DNA of 64,000 nucleotides from Octopus vulgaris (GCA_951406725.2 OX597828.1:45384001-45448000), one strand, 5' to 3'. Numbered from the stretch's first letter, positions 40,548 through 54,940 are shown. Numbers and translations: made by a program. Notes: generated by a model from the letters alone, not told the origin.

Positions 40548-43009
40548 TGCTGCTGCTGCTGTTGTTGTCTCTACTATAATTTGTTTTACTTTTTTTTTTC
40601 GTAGAAGGCCTGTAGTAATTGGGTTTTTGTTTTTCAGCTTTTGGAGTCTACAAGACTGGCGAGTGGTTAGGGAGAGAAGTAATAATTTGACAGTACTGGA
40701 AACCTAACCTGAATGCTTGCAACAGAACAGATTCTCCTGAAGGCCCCCAAATGAACTGGTACCCCAATATGTGGTCTTTGAATCAGTAGACATGTGTTGC
40801 AAGATATTTGAGCCATGACTATTTTTCATCATCTTTTATTCAGGTACAGACAGACGTGGCTGCAATGGTTTAGAAGTTGACTTGGCAACTATGTGGTTTA
40901 AGGTTCCATACCTCTGAGTGGCACTTTACTGAATGGTGATTATCCTTCCCTGTTTTTTTAGATGGGTGATCCCTCTGATGCATTCACCATAGTTGTGTGC
41001 ATGAAAGAGACCCTGTCTCAATTTTGTTGCCACAGCCAATACAAATATGTTTTAATGTGGATGGTGCCAGGTATCCTGGGGATTCATCCAACAGCCAGTC
41101 AATCAACACATCCAGATGTGTAGATGTAGACTTATCCTCCCTAGATGCATTAGCATAGCTGGGGAGCGGGAGGTTTGCCTCAGACAGCACTTTTAAAGGA
41201 GTACCAATTCTGGATCTGCTGTAGGCATTATGTGTTTTTTGTAGGGCAGCACACACTCTAGCTACGCTAGTGCCTAGATACCTATTTCTTTACTACCCAC
41301 AAGGGGCTAAACACAGAGAGGACAAACAAGGACAGACATTGGTATTAAGTCGATTACATCGACCCCAGTGCGTAACTGGTACTTATTTAATCGACCCCGA
41401 AAGGATGACCTCGGCGGAATTTGAACTCAGAATGTAGCAGCAGACGAAATACTGCTAAGCATTTCGCCTGGCGTGCTAACAATTCTGCCAGCTTGCGCTA
41501 GTGCCTAGATACCATCCAGTCAGGACTAGAACAACTAGTGAACGAATCCTGACTGACTCCAGCTGAGCAAGCTATAAGAGTTTTCATAATCAAGGGCCTG
41601 AAGAATAAACTGGCTAAATCGGACATTTCACTTATCACTTGGTGAGTCAAAGCAGCTCAAAACAGAAAATGTTGCAAGTAAAACAAAATAATGGTCAGAT
41701 CAACACCTGAGATAGTTCTGACTACAGCTGTCCTCCAGAATGAGTATTTAAAAAAATTCCATGATGACCCACCTGTGCCTATTTATTGATCCACAGGGAT
41801 GTCATTCGATGTCTGCATTGTTTCCAGTGACACAGGAAATGACACAGAATGGTTCAATTTATGGTCAAATCTGAAACTTTTCGCATTGTTAGTTTACCCA
41901 CGTGTGGAAGGATAAATTTGGCATGGTTGCATCTACCCGACATCTACCCGACATGTCTCAACCAACACCTGTTAAGAGAGTGATCCCTTTCACTAAACCC
42001 TCAGGGTGCTTTTAGCAGAACCTTGTTCTGTTGTAACCATCCAGATCAAGTTTTAGCTTTCAGAAAATCATTCTCCCTTCCTTATTGATGGTCTTGAAGG
42101 TGCCATAATGGTTTATAGGTACTGCCTTCTATCCTCAATAAGAAGTAGGTTACAAAAAGACACAAAAAAAAATGAAAAGGTAACAAAAACAGAAAACACA
42201 GAAGTGAGAATGATAATGATGATACAATCATGCTGACAATGATAATGAAGACGATAATGATGGTGGTGGCGGTGGTGGTGGTGGTGGTGGTGGTTGTGAG
42301 GGTCATGGTTTTCATGATGATGATGATGGTGATGAGGATGCTAGTGCAAATGCAAGAGAGTGATATTCAAAGCATTGAATCTTTACGTAATAATACTGAT
42401 GATGATGATGATGATGATGACGACGACACTGGTGGTGATGATGATGACAATGATGATGATGATGATAAAGGGGAGGAGGGAAGGTGGGGATGATGAAGAT
42501 GATGGTGATGATGTCGATGATGATGACGACAATGACGATGACGATGATAACGATGATGATGATGATGGTGGTGATGATGACTACAAAAATGGTGATGACG
42601 ATGATGATGGTGGTGGTGATTGTAGTAGTGGTGGTGCTGCTGGTGGTAATGATGATGACGATGATGAAGATGGTGGTGGTGATGATGGTCATTGCAAATT
42701 TTTACCTGGTACTTCAACAATACTAAGAGCATTTCTAATCAATCAATTTGAAGTGACAGTGAAGTGGTGAAGAGGTAGGTTTGTAATCAAAGGTAGAAGA
42801 AAGGATGGCAAACACAGTTGTGGAGATGGTGGTGGTGGTGGCGGTGGTTGTGGATGTGGATGGTTATCCAGCATTCACTCTCCTGTCAGTCTCTCTCTCT
42901 ATATATAAATACATATATGTGTGTGTGTGTGTATATATATAAATATATACATTATAAATAAATAAATAATTACACGCACACACACATATATATATACATA
43001 TATATATAC

Positions 43010-43050
<41 letters not shown>

Positions 43051-43145
43051 AACATATATATATTTATGAATGTGTATATGCATCTATCTATCTATCTATC
43101 TATCTATTTATATCTATATCTATGTATATATATATATATATCATG

Positions 43146-43179
<34 letters not shown>

Positions 43180-43199
43180 GCTTGTATATATATGTATAT

Positions 43200-43237
<38 letters not shown>

Positions 43238-43489
43238 GTATATATATATGTATGTATATATATATATATATATACATATATATATGTATATATATATATA
43301 TATGTATATATGTATATATACATGTATATATATGTATATATTTATATATATATGCATATATATATATGTGTGTGTGTGTATATATATATATATATGTATG
43401 TATATATGTATATATTTATATATATATGTATGTATATATGTATATATTTATATATATATGTATGTATATATGTATATATATATATATGG

Positions 43490-43558
<69 letters not shown>

Positions 43559-43587
43559 AAGATAGATATAGATATACATACATATAT

Positions 43588-43620
<33 letters not shown>

Positions 43621-44198
43621 AATTGAAACTGTTATAAACCTTAGATTGGTTTCGTAACAGTGCGAGCGACATTTTGGTGGTTTGCCATGATGAATAAATG
43701 ATGTTTTCATGGCACAGAATGTTGTTATGTAGATCAACGCCACTGCTCCTGGCACCATCAGCTTCAACATTATCATCTACTTCATCATTATCTTAACCAA
43801 CTTTATCATCATCATCATCATTCACCTTAATCATCATTATCGTTACTGTAATCATCCACTCAATCATTATCTTCCATCGGTATCAGCAATTCACTGCATC
43901 AGGGTTATATGTGTGCATGCATGCATGCATGCGTGTGTGTGTGTGTGTGTGTGTGTGTGAGGATTATGTTATATCTTTATTGTTTTATTTGTTTCAGTCA
44001 TTTGACTGTGGCCATACTAGAGCACTGCCTTAAAAGGTTTTTGTTGAAAAAAAAATCAACCCCAGAATGTATTCTTTGTAAGCCTAGTACTTATTCTATC
44101 GGACTTTTTTGCTGAACTGCTACAGGGAGCTGAACACACCACAGCGTCAGTTGTCAAGTGATGGAAGGGGCACAAAGACAGACAGACAGACAGACACA

Positions 44199-44271
<73 letters not shown>

Positions 44272-44295
44272 CTCTCTCTATATATATATATATAT

Positions 44296-44750
44296 AGATA
44301 GATTCAGATGAATATGGAACTTAAGTTGAGGCACCAGAATTTAGTACGGTATTATCCATACAATTTCAAAGTAAGGTGATTAAAGTCAAATTAAGCAACA
44401 TGGATATCCAGAGGTAATCCTGTATGATCGTTTCATGCAACTCTATTTAATTGAACAATGCAATCATTACATCAATTTAAAGTGCAGAGCAATCCTCAGC
44501 TGCACAAAGACATAGAATTTAATTAAATTAAAACAGATGGACACATTAGTATAATTATAGGTACTTTAAATTGATGTAATGATTGCATTGTTCAATTAAA
44601 TAGAGTTGCATGAAACGATCATACAGCATTACCTCTGGATATCCTTGTTGCTTATTTTGATTTTAATCACCTTATTTTGAAATTGTATGGATAATACCGT
44701 ACTAAATTCTGGTGCCTCAACCGAAGTACCATATTCATCTGAATCTATCT
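44296..44750. repeat. Fold-back element (~188-bp arms, ~79-bp spacer)
   Basis: Arms 44296-44483 / 44563-44750. Same family as 17727-18125. Confidence 0.88.
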
Positions 44751-44771
44751 ATCTATCTATCTATCCATCCA

Positions 44772-44803
<32 letters not shown>

Positions 44804-44902
44804 GTTAATCCAAACATGAAAACACAAAGAGAAAACAACAACGTAAGAACGTGGAACAAATATAGTATTATTGGATACTCAGGAAGGAAGGGAAGAAGGA
44901 GG

Positions 44903-44938
44903 GTTTTTACGTTTCGAGCAGAGCTCTTCGTCAGAAAC
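44903..44938 (-). ncRNA. Minimal type-I hammerhead motif, intact core, in a ~225-bp TA-flanked element (44803-45028)
   Basis: Minus strand GTTT-CTGACGA-A-GAGC-TCT-GCTC-GAAAC-GTA-AAAAC. Stem III ACGT is palindromic and stem I is only ~3 bp. Confidence 0.65.
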
Positions 44939-45939
44939 ATAGGAAAAGGAAAGACCCAGAGAAGGGAAGACGGAGGAATAAAAATTGCCAACGGTTCGCA
45001 CGCAGTCACATTTTGAATGAATATGAACATATATATATATATATATATATATATAGATAGATAGATTGAAATCCATCAATGACTTTTGGGACACCCTGTA
45101 TATTGACTATATTAATTATAATGTATTCAGCTCTATTGATAATATAGAACATTCTCCTTTCATTTTTGACACTCTACAGAAACTTTTAACACTACTTAGA
45201 TATATGTGCATGTGTGTGGCGAGAGAGAGAGAGAGAGAGGGAGAAGCAGGGTAAAAGAGATGTCTCTATTGTCACACTTCCCGCTGTCCATTTCTTCACG
45301 ACACATGCAAAATGCAATACGCAGCATGCAGAGTGCAACATGGTTCTTGTCAGACAGAAAGATACAAAAACACAACTTAACTAGGAAGATATCTCTGCAG
45401 ACGACACTTTGTCATTCAACTAATTGCCTTCATACCTAAGGACTGCCGGATCAAAGCTAACCAAAAACCAATACCCACCCACTCACCGCACCCAACAACA
45501 ACTACAGCAGCAACAGCAACAGCAACCACATTAACAAATGTCACCCAAACTACAGTTAAAATGTCTAGAACTAAATATTACAATTAATAACTAACTTCTC
45601 GTTTCTTTGATACCCTAATTGCTGTCAATTCTTTCTGTGACACACCAATTTACTTACATTCTATCTCAAGTAGACTTCTGATTCTTTGTTTTTAAATTTT
45701 TGTAATTTTTGCAATTTTTGTAAATTTTGAAATTTTTTCGATTTAAAAAATATTTTTTGGGGAAATTTTTGTAATTTTTGTAATTTTTCTTTATTTTTTA
45801 TTTACGATATGCAATTTTCCAAAATATATATTTTAATGTTCATATACATCACAGCGTGTTTTGCTTGTTAATTAATGAGGTATTCAGGTGATTATTGCTG
45901 CTGTTGTTATCGTTGCAGTCGTCATTAGAGTTATTGTTG

Positions 45940-46298
45940 TCTATGATGCTCATGATGATCACGATGATGATGATGAGGTTGATGATGATGATGATGATGA
46001 TGAATGGTGAAGATGGGGATGGGGATGTTGGTGTTAATGGTGATGGCTTGATGGTTGTTGGTTGTGCTGGTGGTGATGGCGGTGGCCAAGATGAAGATGA
46101 GAAGGAGGGTGCTCAGGATTGCGTTAGTGGTGGTGATGGTGACGGTGGTGGTTGTGGTGGTAGTGGTGATTGTTGTGGTGATGATGATGGTATTGATTGT
46201 GATGACGATGGTGGTGGTGGTGGTGGTGGTGGTAGTAGTGTAGTGGTGGTGGTAGTGACGATGTTGGTAATGGACAATGACGATAAAAGGCATTGTGA

Positions 46299-46329
<31 letters not shown>

Positions 46330-46378
46330 GACAGCGGCTTTGATGATGATGAGGAGGAGGAGGAGGAAGAAGATGAGA

Positions 46379-46434
<56 letters not shown>

Positions 46435-46780
46435 AGTGGTGGTGATTGTGATGATAGTGGTGGTGGTGGTGGTGATAATGATGAGGAGCGTCTTGATGCT
46501 GAGGATGATGATTATAATGAAGAGGAGGAGGTGGAGACGGAGGAGGAGAAGGTTGAGGAGGAGGAGAAGGTTGAGGAGGAGAAGAAGGTTGAGGAGGAGG
46601 AGAAGGTTGAGGAGGAGGAAGAGGAGAAGGCGGAGGCAGAGGAGAATGTTGAGGAAGAGGAGGAGGAGAAGGCAGAGGCAGAGGAGAAGGTGGAGGAGGA
46701 GGAGAAGGCAGAGGCAGAGGAGAAGGTGGAGGATGAGGAGAAGGCAGAGGATGAGGAGAAGGCTGAGGAGGAGGAGAAGT
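45940..46780. repeat. (GAT)n/(GGT)n/(GAG)n field ending in an 18-bp GAGGAGGAGGAGAAGG(TT/CA) minisatellite
   Basis: Direct inspection. Confidence 0.85.
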
Positions 46781-46900
46781 TCAACAACAGTGGTAGCCTG
46801 TGTTTGATTTTTGGCTTTCATTCTTTCATGGAGCTAGCTTTAAATTTCTGCTTCACTTCTTCTGTTGCCCATTAGAGAAAACAAAAGCCCACATCACACA

Positions 46901-48625
46901 TACAAGGTCTGATCAAAAAACATTGGAACTGGTGCTATAAAAAGAAAACTACCACAATAGATACCAATTTGGCATTTAATCTCCTTCAAAGTAATCCCCT
47001 TCAGAAGCCAAACATTTTAATCAGCATTGTTTCCATCGATGGGAGCATTTCCGGAACTCCTTTCTTGGATAGTGGAGCAGCTGCCTTGTTGCCTTTCTCT
47101 TGGGTTTCCTTGACAACTTGACATGTTCCTTTTATGTAGGATTTGATTTCTACTTCGGTTTGAGAATTTTAGCCATGGACCCATGACTCATCGCCTGTTA
47201 TGACCATTTTCAAAAAGTTTCTGTCTTCTTTGACACGGGAAAAGAAGATCCTATGCGGCTGAAACCCAATCTTCTTTCCGAGATGACTGCACTTTACACA
47301 CTTTACTTCCAAGCACGAGTGGCTATGTGGTAAGTAGCTTGCTTACCAACCACATGGTTCCGGGTTCAGTCCCATTGCGTGGCACCTTGGGCAAGTGTCT
47401 TCCACTATAGCCTCAGGCTGATCAAAGCCTTGTGAGTGGAATTGGTAGATGGAAACTGAAAGAAGCCCGTCATATATATGTGTATGTATATATATGTGTG
47501 TGTGTGTGTGTTTGGGTGCCTGTTTTCGTCCCCACCAAAATCGCTTGACAACCGATGCTGGTGTGTTTACATCCCCATAACTTAGCAGTTCAGCAAAAGA
47601 GACTGATAGAATAAGTACTAGGCTTACAAAGAATAGGTCCTAGGGTCGATTTGCTCGACTAAAGGCGGTGCTCCAGCATGGCCACAGTCAAATGACTGAA
47701 ACAAGTAAAAGAGTAAAAAGAAAGAGTAAGCACTGCTATAAACAACAGAGTGAGCGAGAGAGTTATAACTTAGTGACAGAGTTCAAGGTCAATATGTGCC
47801 AAGGGGCTTCACTCTGCATGCTTTATCTTCATTACCATAGCAACAGTAAGTTCAAATTCCATCGAGGTCAACTTTGCCTTTCATCCTTCCGTGGTCAATA
47901 AATTAAGTACCAGTAAAATACTGGAGTCAATGTAATCGACTGTGTGGAAGCACTCCGTCGGTTACGACGACGAGGGTTCCGGTTGATCCGAATCAACGGA
48001 GCAGCCTGCTCGTGAAATTAATGTGTAAGTGGCTGAGCACTCCACAGGCACGTGTACCCTTAACGTAGTTCTCGGGGATATTCAGCGTGACACAGAGAGT
48101 GACAAGGCCGGCCCCTTGAAATACAGGTACAACAGAAATAGGAAGTAAGAGTGAGAGAACGTTGTGGTGAAAGAGTACAGCAGGGATCACCACCATCCCC
48201 TGCCGGAGCCTCGTGGAGCTTTAGGTGTTTACGCTCAATAAACACTCACAACGCCCGGTCTGGGAATCGAAACCGCGATTCTATGACTGCGAGTCCGCTG
48301 CCCTAACCACTGGGCCATTGTGCCTCCGTAATCGACTAACCCTCCTCTCTCAAAATTTCAGGCCTTGTGCCTATAGCAGAAAGGATTATCGTTAGCATAC
48401 TGGATGGAATGCTTAGCAGTATTTCACCTGTCACAATGTTGTGAGTTCAAATCCCACCAAGGTTGATTTTGTCTTTCATCTTTTCAGGGTTGATAAATTA
48501 AGTACCAGTAAAACACTGGGGTCAGTGTAATCCCTTATCCCCTTCCCCTAAATTGCAGGCCTTGTGCCTATAGTAGAAAGGATTACCATATCAACGGACC
48601 CAATATTTTTTGATCATACCTTGTA
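46901..48625 (-). mobile_element. Deleted mariner remnant containing nested SINEs
   Basis: TIRs TACAAGGTCTGATCAAAAAA / TTTTTTGATCATACCTTGTA. Minus-strand peptides FLKMVITGDESWVH and EGDYFEGD*. Confidence 0.75.
47942..48327 (-). mobile_element. tRNA-derived SINE family C, full length, 10-bp TSD
   Basis: Head GGAGGCACAATGGCCCAGTGGTTAGGG...GGTTTCGATTCCC. TSD GTAATCGACT at 47932-47941 / 48328-48337. Partial copy at 2738-2900. Confidence 0.88.
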
Positions 48626-49899
48626 TGTGTTTATGTATGCTTGTGTATATGTGTATGTATTTGATTTACCTGTTTCAGTCGTTAAACTATGGCCATGCTG
48701 GGGCACTGCCCTGAATTTTTAGAAGACTGAATCAACCCCCTCCCCCAGCACTAATTTTTTAAACCTGGTACTTATTCTATCGGTTTCTTTTGCTGAACTG
48801 CTAAGTTACAGGGACAAACACACACACCCACACAACCAGATACAAATATATACATATGTATATATGACAGGCTTCTTTCAGTTTCCGACTACCAAATCCA
48901 CTCACAAGGTTTTGGCTGACCCGAGGCTATAGTAGAAGATACTTGCCCAAGTTACCATGCAGTGGGACTGAACCTGGGCCTATGTGGTAGGGAAGCAAGC
49001 TTCTTACCACACAGCCATAGGACTATGTGGTAGGGAGAGGAAGAAATAGTGAAAGAGGGGGAGGAGTAGGCGAGGACATCTGTGGTGGTTGTGATGGCAA
49101 TGGTGGTGATTGTAGTGGTAATAGTAGGAATGGTGGTGGTAGTGGTATTGGTGCTTGCGGTACTGCTAGAGGAGGTAATGATAGTGGTGGTGGTGGTGGT
49201 AGTTGTGGTAGTGGGTAGTGCTGATGGTCATGGTTCTAGTAGTGGTTGTAGTGGTGGTGGTGGTAATGGTGGTGGAGGTGGTGGTGATGGTAGTGGTAGT
49301 TGTGATGGTGATTGTAGTGGTAGTAGTAGTTGTGATGGTAATTGTGATTTTGGTGGTAGCAGTGATAACAGTGGTGGTAATAGTGGTTGTAATAGTGGTT
49401 GTAACGGTAGTAGTAGAGGTGGTTGTAGTGATAGTGGTGGAAGTGGTGGTGGTATTGGTGATAGGGGTAGTGGTGGTGGTGGTGGTGGTGGTGGTGGGTA
49501 GTGGTTGTGATTGTAGTAATTGTTGTAACGGTAGTGGTAATGTGGTGGTGGTGCTGGTTGTAGTAGTGGTGGTGGTGCTGGTGGTGGTGGTGGTTGTGGT
49601 GAGAAGTTATCAAAAGAACAAAATTAAGTTTTTGGGGGTCCAAAGAAATTCTGTTAATTATTAAATGAAGACTGATTAAAGTTTAGTTTGATTTTGTTGC
49701 ATAATAAGTGAGAATACACACTGGATAATAGATTCCAAGGTAAACAATACCTGAAAAGAGAAAGGGTAATGTTTAAGGTTGGAATATTTGTCATCATGTG
49801 TCCGTTTGATCAATGCCTATGAGAATAACGATGATGTCCATAATGTTAATTGCGATGTTAATCCGGTCAATGACCAAAAGTCTAAATGTTAATTAACAC

Positions 49900-50379
49900 T
49901 AACAACAACAACAACATTCACAACAACAACAACAACAACAACAACAACATTCGCAACAATAACTCAAACACACACGTACACACAAACACAAACACATGCA
50001 CTCACACACACACACACAGAGGTACGGTACACACTCGAGCACACACACATACACACACATGCATACACACAGAAAAACAAACACATACAGAAACACAAAC
50101 ACACACAAACACAAGCACACACACACACACGAACACACACACACACACATACACACACACACATAAATACACACAGACAAATACACACAGACACATACAA
50201 ACACAAACACACAGATACACACAAATACACACAAACACACAAACACACATGCAAACACAAACACACACACACACAAATACACACACACACATACAAACAC
50301 ACATGCACACATTCAAACAAGCACACACACACACAAATACACAAATACACACACGCACATGCACACACACACGCACATG

Positions 50380-50411
<32 letters not shown>

Positions 50412-50448
50412 AATACACACACACACATGCACACACACACGCACATGC

Positions 50449-50481
<33 letters not shown>

Positions 50482-50576
50482 AATACACACACACACATAC
50501 AAACACACATGCATACATTCAAACAAGCACACACACACACACAAATACACAAATACACACACGCACATGCACACAC

Positions 50577-50621
<45 letters not shown>

Positions 50622-50770
50622 TACACACACACACATACAAACACACATGCACACATTCAAACAAGCACACACACACACACAAATACACAAATACACACAC
50701 GCACATGCACACACACACGCACATGCACACACACACACACACACACAAACACACACGCAAACACACTCAC
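49900..50770. repeat. (CA)n-derived complex minisatellite
   Basis: Recurring CACATTCAAACAAGCAC and ACAAATACAC units. Confidence 0.9.
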
Positions 50771-51710
50771 ATATCTTTGTCTTGTACTTTTTATTTTTTA
50801 CCTGTTTCATTCACTGCGCTGTGGCCATGCTGGAACAACACTTTGTAGGATTTCAATCAAACAACTCAGACCCAGGAATTGTTTTTGTCTTTTAATTCTG
50901 ATACGTATTGTATCAGTCTCTTTTGTGAAACTGCTAAGTCATGGAGACATAAACAAACCAATGCCAGTTGTTGCCAAGCAATGATAGGGGACCAACACAA
51001 GCACAAAGATGCATACACACTCAAATATACATACATACATACATACATATATCAATACAGTGTACATTTAAACACATAAGAGGTATCCTTCATAGGATTC
51101 CTTCCTCACTAGAAGGAACAACTAAAGTCCAAACAACGAATTAAGGATAAAAACTTGAAGGGAAGGAAAAATAAAAACACTTACCATCTATTTCCTGGTG
51201 CATGGTTTCTAACTTTTTTTAGCAAATATAATAATTTGTTAGGCGAAGAAATGCCGGTAGTCTTTTTTGCCGCCAGCTAAAAACTGTGCTTGCGTGGTGG
51301 ATTTGAAAAATTATAATGCCTAAGCAAGAGGCACATGCTGGATTTGCCTAGTACTTATATTTTTGATCTTGGCGTACCTGTTGATGAAGCCTTAGTATTT
51401 AGGCATTCATTATTGGTGTTATAAATTCAGGGATACATTTTTCTTTTCCTATGAATCAAATGGATATGTGCTATGCATGTAAATCTACTTAATTAAAAAA
51501 ATCAAGCAGAAGTTCATGGGAGTAAATTTTTTTAATGTATAATATACTTATAAAGCAAAATATGCATATAATCGCTATCCAAAAACTTACCAAAATTAGA
51601 GGTGTGGTAGTGTGGGTGGGTGTTGGCCCATGCTTGAAATTTTGAAGTATGAATTGTCTTTTTGAACATGCAAGAAAAGTTTTCCTCCTTAGTATCTAAA
51701 CATTCATTAT

Positions 51711-52115
51711 TACTCTTTTACTCTTTTACTTGTTTCAGTCATTTGATTGCGGCCATGCTGGAGCACCGCCTTTAGTCGAGCAAATCAACCCCGGGACTTA
51801 TTCTTTGTAAGCCCAGTACTTATTCTATCGGTCTCTTTTGCCGAACTGCTAAGTGACGGGGACGTAAACACACCAGCATCGGTTGTCAAGCAATGCTAGG
51901 GGACAAACACAGACACACAAACACATACACACATATATATATACATATATACGACAGGCTTCTTTCAGTTTCCGTCTACCAAATCCACTCACAAGGCATT
52001 GGTCGGCCCAGGGCTATAGCAGAAGACACTTGCCCAAGATTCCATGCAGTGGGACTGAACCCGGAACCATGTGGTTGGTTAGCAAGCTACTTACCACACA
52101 GCCACTCCTGCGCCT
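51711..52115 (-). mobile_element. SINE family A, full length
   Basis: Collinear with the other A copies. Confidence 0.88.
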
Positions 52116-53542
52116 ATTATTGATGTTATAATATTTAATTTTTCCATGATACAGAAACCATACTTGCTGCATCATCATCCTATGTTTGTTGACCTTACCT
52201 ATGATTCTATAGTTTATATGGAGGTTGTTCATGAACCCTTCTTTAAGTGACCATACCATATTAGATAAAGATGTTGTATGTCTTTTACTTTTGTCTCTAA
52301 ACGAAGCCAAATGTTGGATATACCTCACCATGAATGTGCATTATTAGTAACAACATCAGTAACAGCAGTAATAATGCCAGTGATGCAAACAATGACAACA
52401 ACAACAATAACAACAAATGTAACTGAACCGAAATTCAACAGCTACAATCACAAAACTACAATGACAAGAGTAGAAGTGCTAACAGAAAAGATAGAACACA
52501 AATACAATAACAATAGTACCACTTTCACCACCATCATCAACAACAACACAACGCTATTGCCACCCATCACCACCACCACCGCCGCCGTCACAACACCTCC
52601 ACCATTTTCACCACCACCACAACAAATACCAATACCACCAAAACAACAACACCAGAACCACCACCATCACCACCATCAGCAACATCGCCAACAACACTAC
52701 CAGTGCATTACTGCAAATGACAACAAAAGCCACTGTTTAATTAGATTTCCAATTAGAAAATTATTGCAGGATTTACAAGGAAAATTACTTAATAATTAAA
52801 TTATAAAGTTTTCTTCTTTTTTTTATTTTTTACCAGGAAGTGTCTGAGAGTTTTTCTTACTTGAACTGATTATACAGGAATGTAATTATAATTGGAAAAG
52901 TTCAATAGTTATCTACGTTGGATCAATATCAATTTCACATTGGAAGCAGGAACAGGGCAAGATGACAATGAACATATTTTTGCTAATGGGGGATGTGATG
53001 CTGCTTCTTAAAACCTATTTTTATTTGGTGTTGGATGGTAGTGGTAAGTTTTCCTTTCCCAAGATTGATTCCGTCGCGGTTTTGGTAAATCCTCTTTTAA
53101 TGACTCCTGATTTTAAAATTTTATCATGTAAAAAAAGCTCTTGGGCTGGTGCCACATAAAAAGCACCAATGCTGGTGCCACGTAAAAAAGCACTTGGGCT
53201 GGTGCCACGTAAAAAGCACCCAGTCACACATAGTAAAGTGGTTGACAGTAGAAAGGGCATCCAGTTGTAGAAACCATGTCGAAACAGACAAATGGATCTT
53301 GGTGCAGCTCTTGTCAAACTGCTCAACCATTTGCCAGATTAGAAAATGGACGATAAATGATGATGAAGGTCAGTTTGGGTGGTGTTTGTAAGGTGAATTG
53401 CAATATTACATGGTAGCAAAACATTGGTATTAAATATTGAAAATGTGTAAAGTGTGGAGAAAAATTAAGCAAGGAGGCTTACATGTATGTACAAATGCAT
53501 ACACACACATGCACATAAGCACACTCACACATATATACATAA

Positions 53543-53589
<47 letters not shown>

Positions 53590-53934
53590 CTATATATACA
53601 CACAAACACACACACACAAGCACACGCACACATATATACATATGTACATCACCGTGACTGACCAGGCTATCAGATGTTGCTACACATCGCTGGTCACAAT
53701 GCGCTTCACATTGTTTTAGCCTTCAAATGATGCCACCCCGCTGGCTAAGCGAGCATGCCACATATGTACATATATATATATATATATATACTATATATAT
53801 ATATACTATATACATATATATTATATATACATATATGCACACAAACACACACACACGCACATATGTATACATACACACAGGCTTACAAAGAATAAGTCCT
53901 GGGGTCAATTTGCTCTACTAAAAGCCTTGCTCCA

Positions 53935-54339
53935 AGGCGCAGGTGTGGCTGTGTGGTAAGTAGCTTGCTAACCAATCACATGTTTCCGGGTTCAGTCCCA
54001 CTGCATGGCATCTTGGGCAAGTGTCTTCTGCTATAGCCCCGGACCGACCAATGCCTTGTGAGTGGATTTGCTAGACGGAAACTGAAAGAAGCCTGTCGTA
54101 TATATGTATATATATATATATGTGTGTTTGTGTGTCTGTGTTTGTCCCCCTAGCATTGCTTGACAACCGATGCTGGTGTGTTTACGTCCCCATCACTTAG
54201 CGGTTCAGCAAAAGAGACCGATAGAATAAGTACTGGGCTTACAAAGAATAAGTCCCGGGGTCGATTTGCTCGACTAAAAGGCAGTGCTCCAGCATGGCCG
54301 CAGTCAAATGACTGAAACAAGTAAAAGAGTAAAAGAGTA
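53935..54339 (+). mobile_element. SINE family A, full length
   Basis: Collinear with the other A copies. Confidence 0.88.
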
Positions 54340-54940
54340 TTCTCAACACAATCAAGGAGAACTTGCACAACTGAAACCCGAGTGTCTTTTCGGTCAGCTG
54401 GAAGCAGTTTTGGTACAAACTTGGCAGACACGTGTCTCATATCCAAATCTTCAGTGATAATGGACTGACCTGAATCATAACTAATCTGCACATCTTCTGA
54501 AAACTCATGGATGGTGATTCAACGATTTCCCCTCATAACTGCACACACTTCTGTGATGTTTTTTCTTAGTTCTGCTGGTTGTAGGACCCCCTGTCTGTCA
54601 ATATTGATATATTTTCAGCCATCTTGGAAAGATCTGAACCACTCCTACACTTGTGTGCAGCTCATAGTGTATTCCTCTTCATAGACTTTCTTCAATATTC
54701 CGTAGGCCTCTGAGCAGGTAATGCCATGACAACTTTCTGCGTCATGGTCAGCGAGATGATCACACACTACACACCTTCCTTCCAAGCACTGCTGTAAACA
54801 GCGGGAGTGAGCTGGAATGTTAAAACTTAGTGTGCATGCACAGCAGAGTTCAAGGTCAATTTGTACCAAGCAACTTTACTCTGTGCATTTTAGCTTCGTT
54901 ACTATGGCAACAGTCCGGATACTTATTGATCAGGCCTTAT
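54340..54940 (-). mobile_element. Mariner 5' half (same family as 46901-48625)
   Basis: QSIITEDLDMRHVSAKFVPKLL (WVP-like linker). TIR-like TATTGATCAGGCCTTATA. 54784-54913 is homologous to 47728-47848. Confidence 0.8.

Noticed and set aside
45895-46875. 326-aa acidic ORF with EEEEKV/EEKAEA repeats resembling a neurofilament tail
   Set aside because: It is built from GAT/GGT/GAG repeats that are open in several frames and on both strands, with no unique domain.
49886-50984. HT/CV-rich ORFs up to 320 aa, and all YI-rich ORFs in the track
   Set aside because: Translations of (CA)n and (TA)n repeats.
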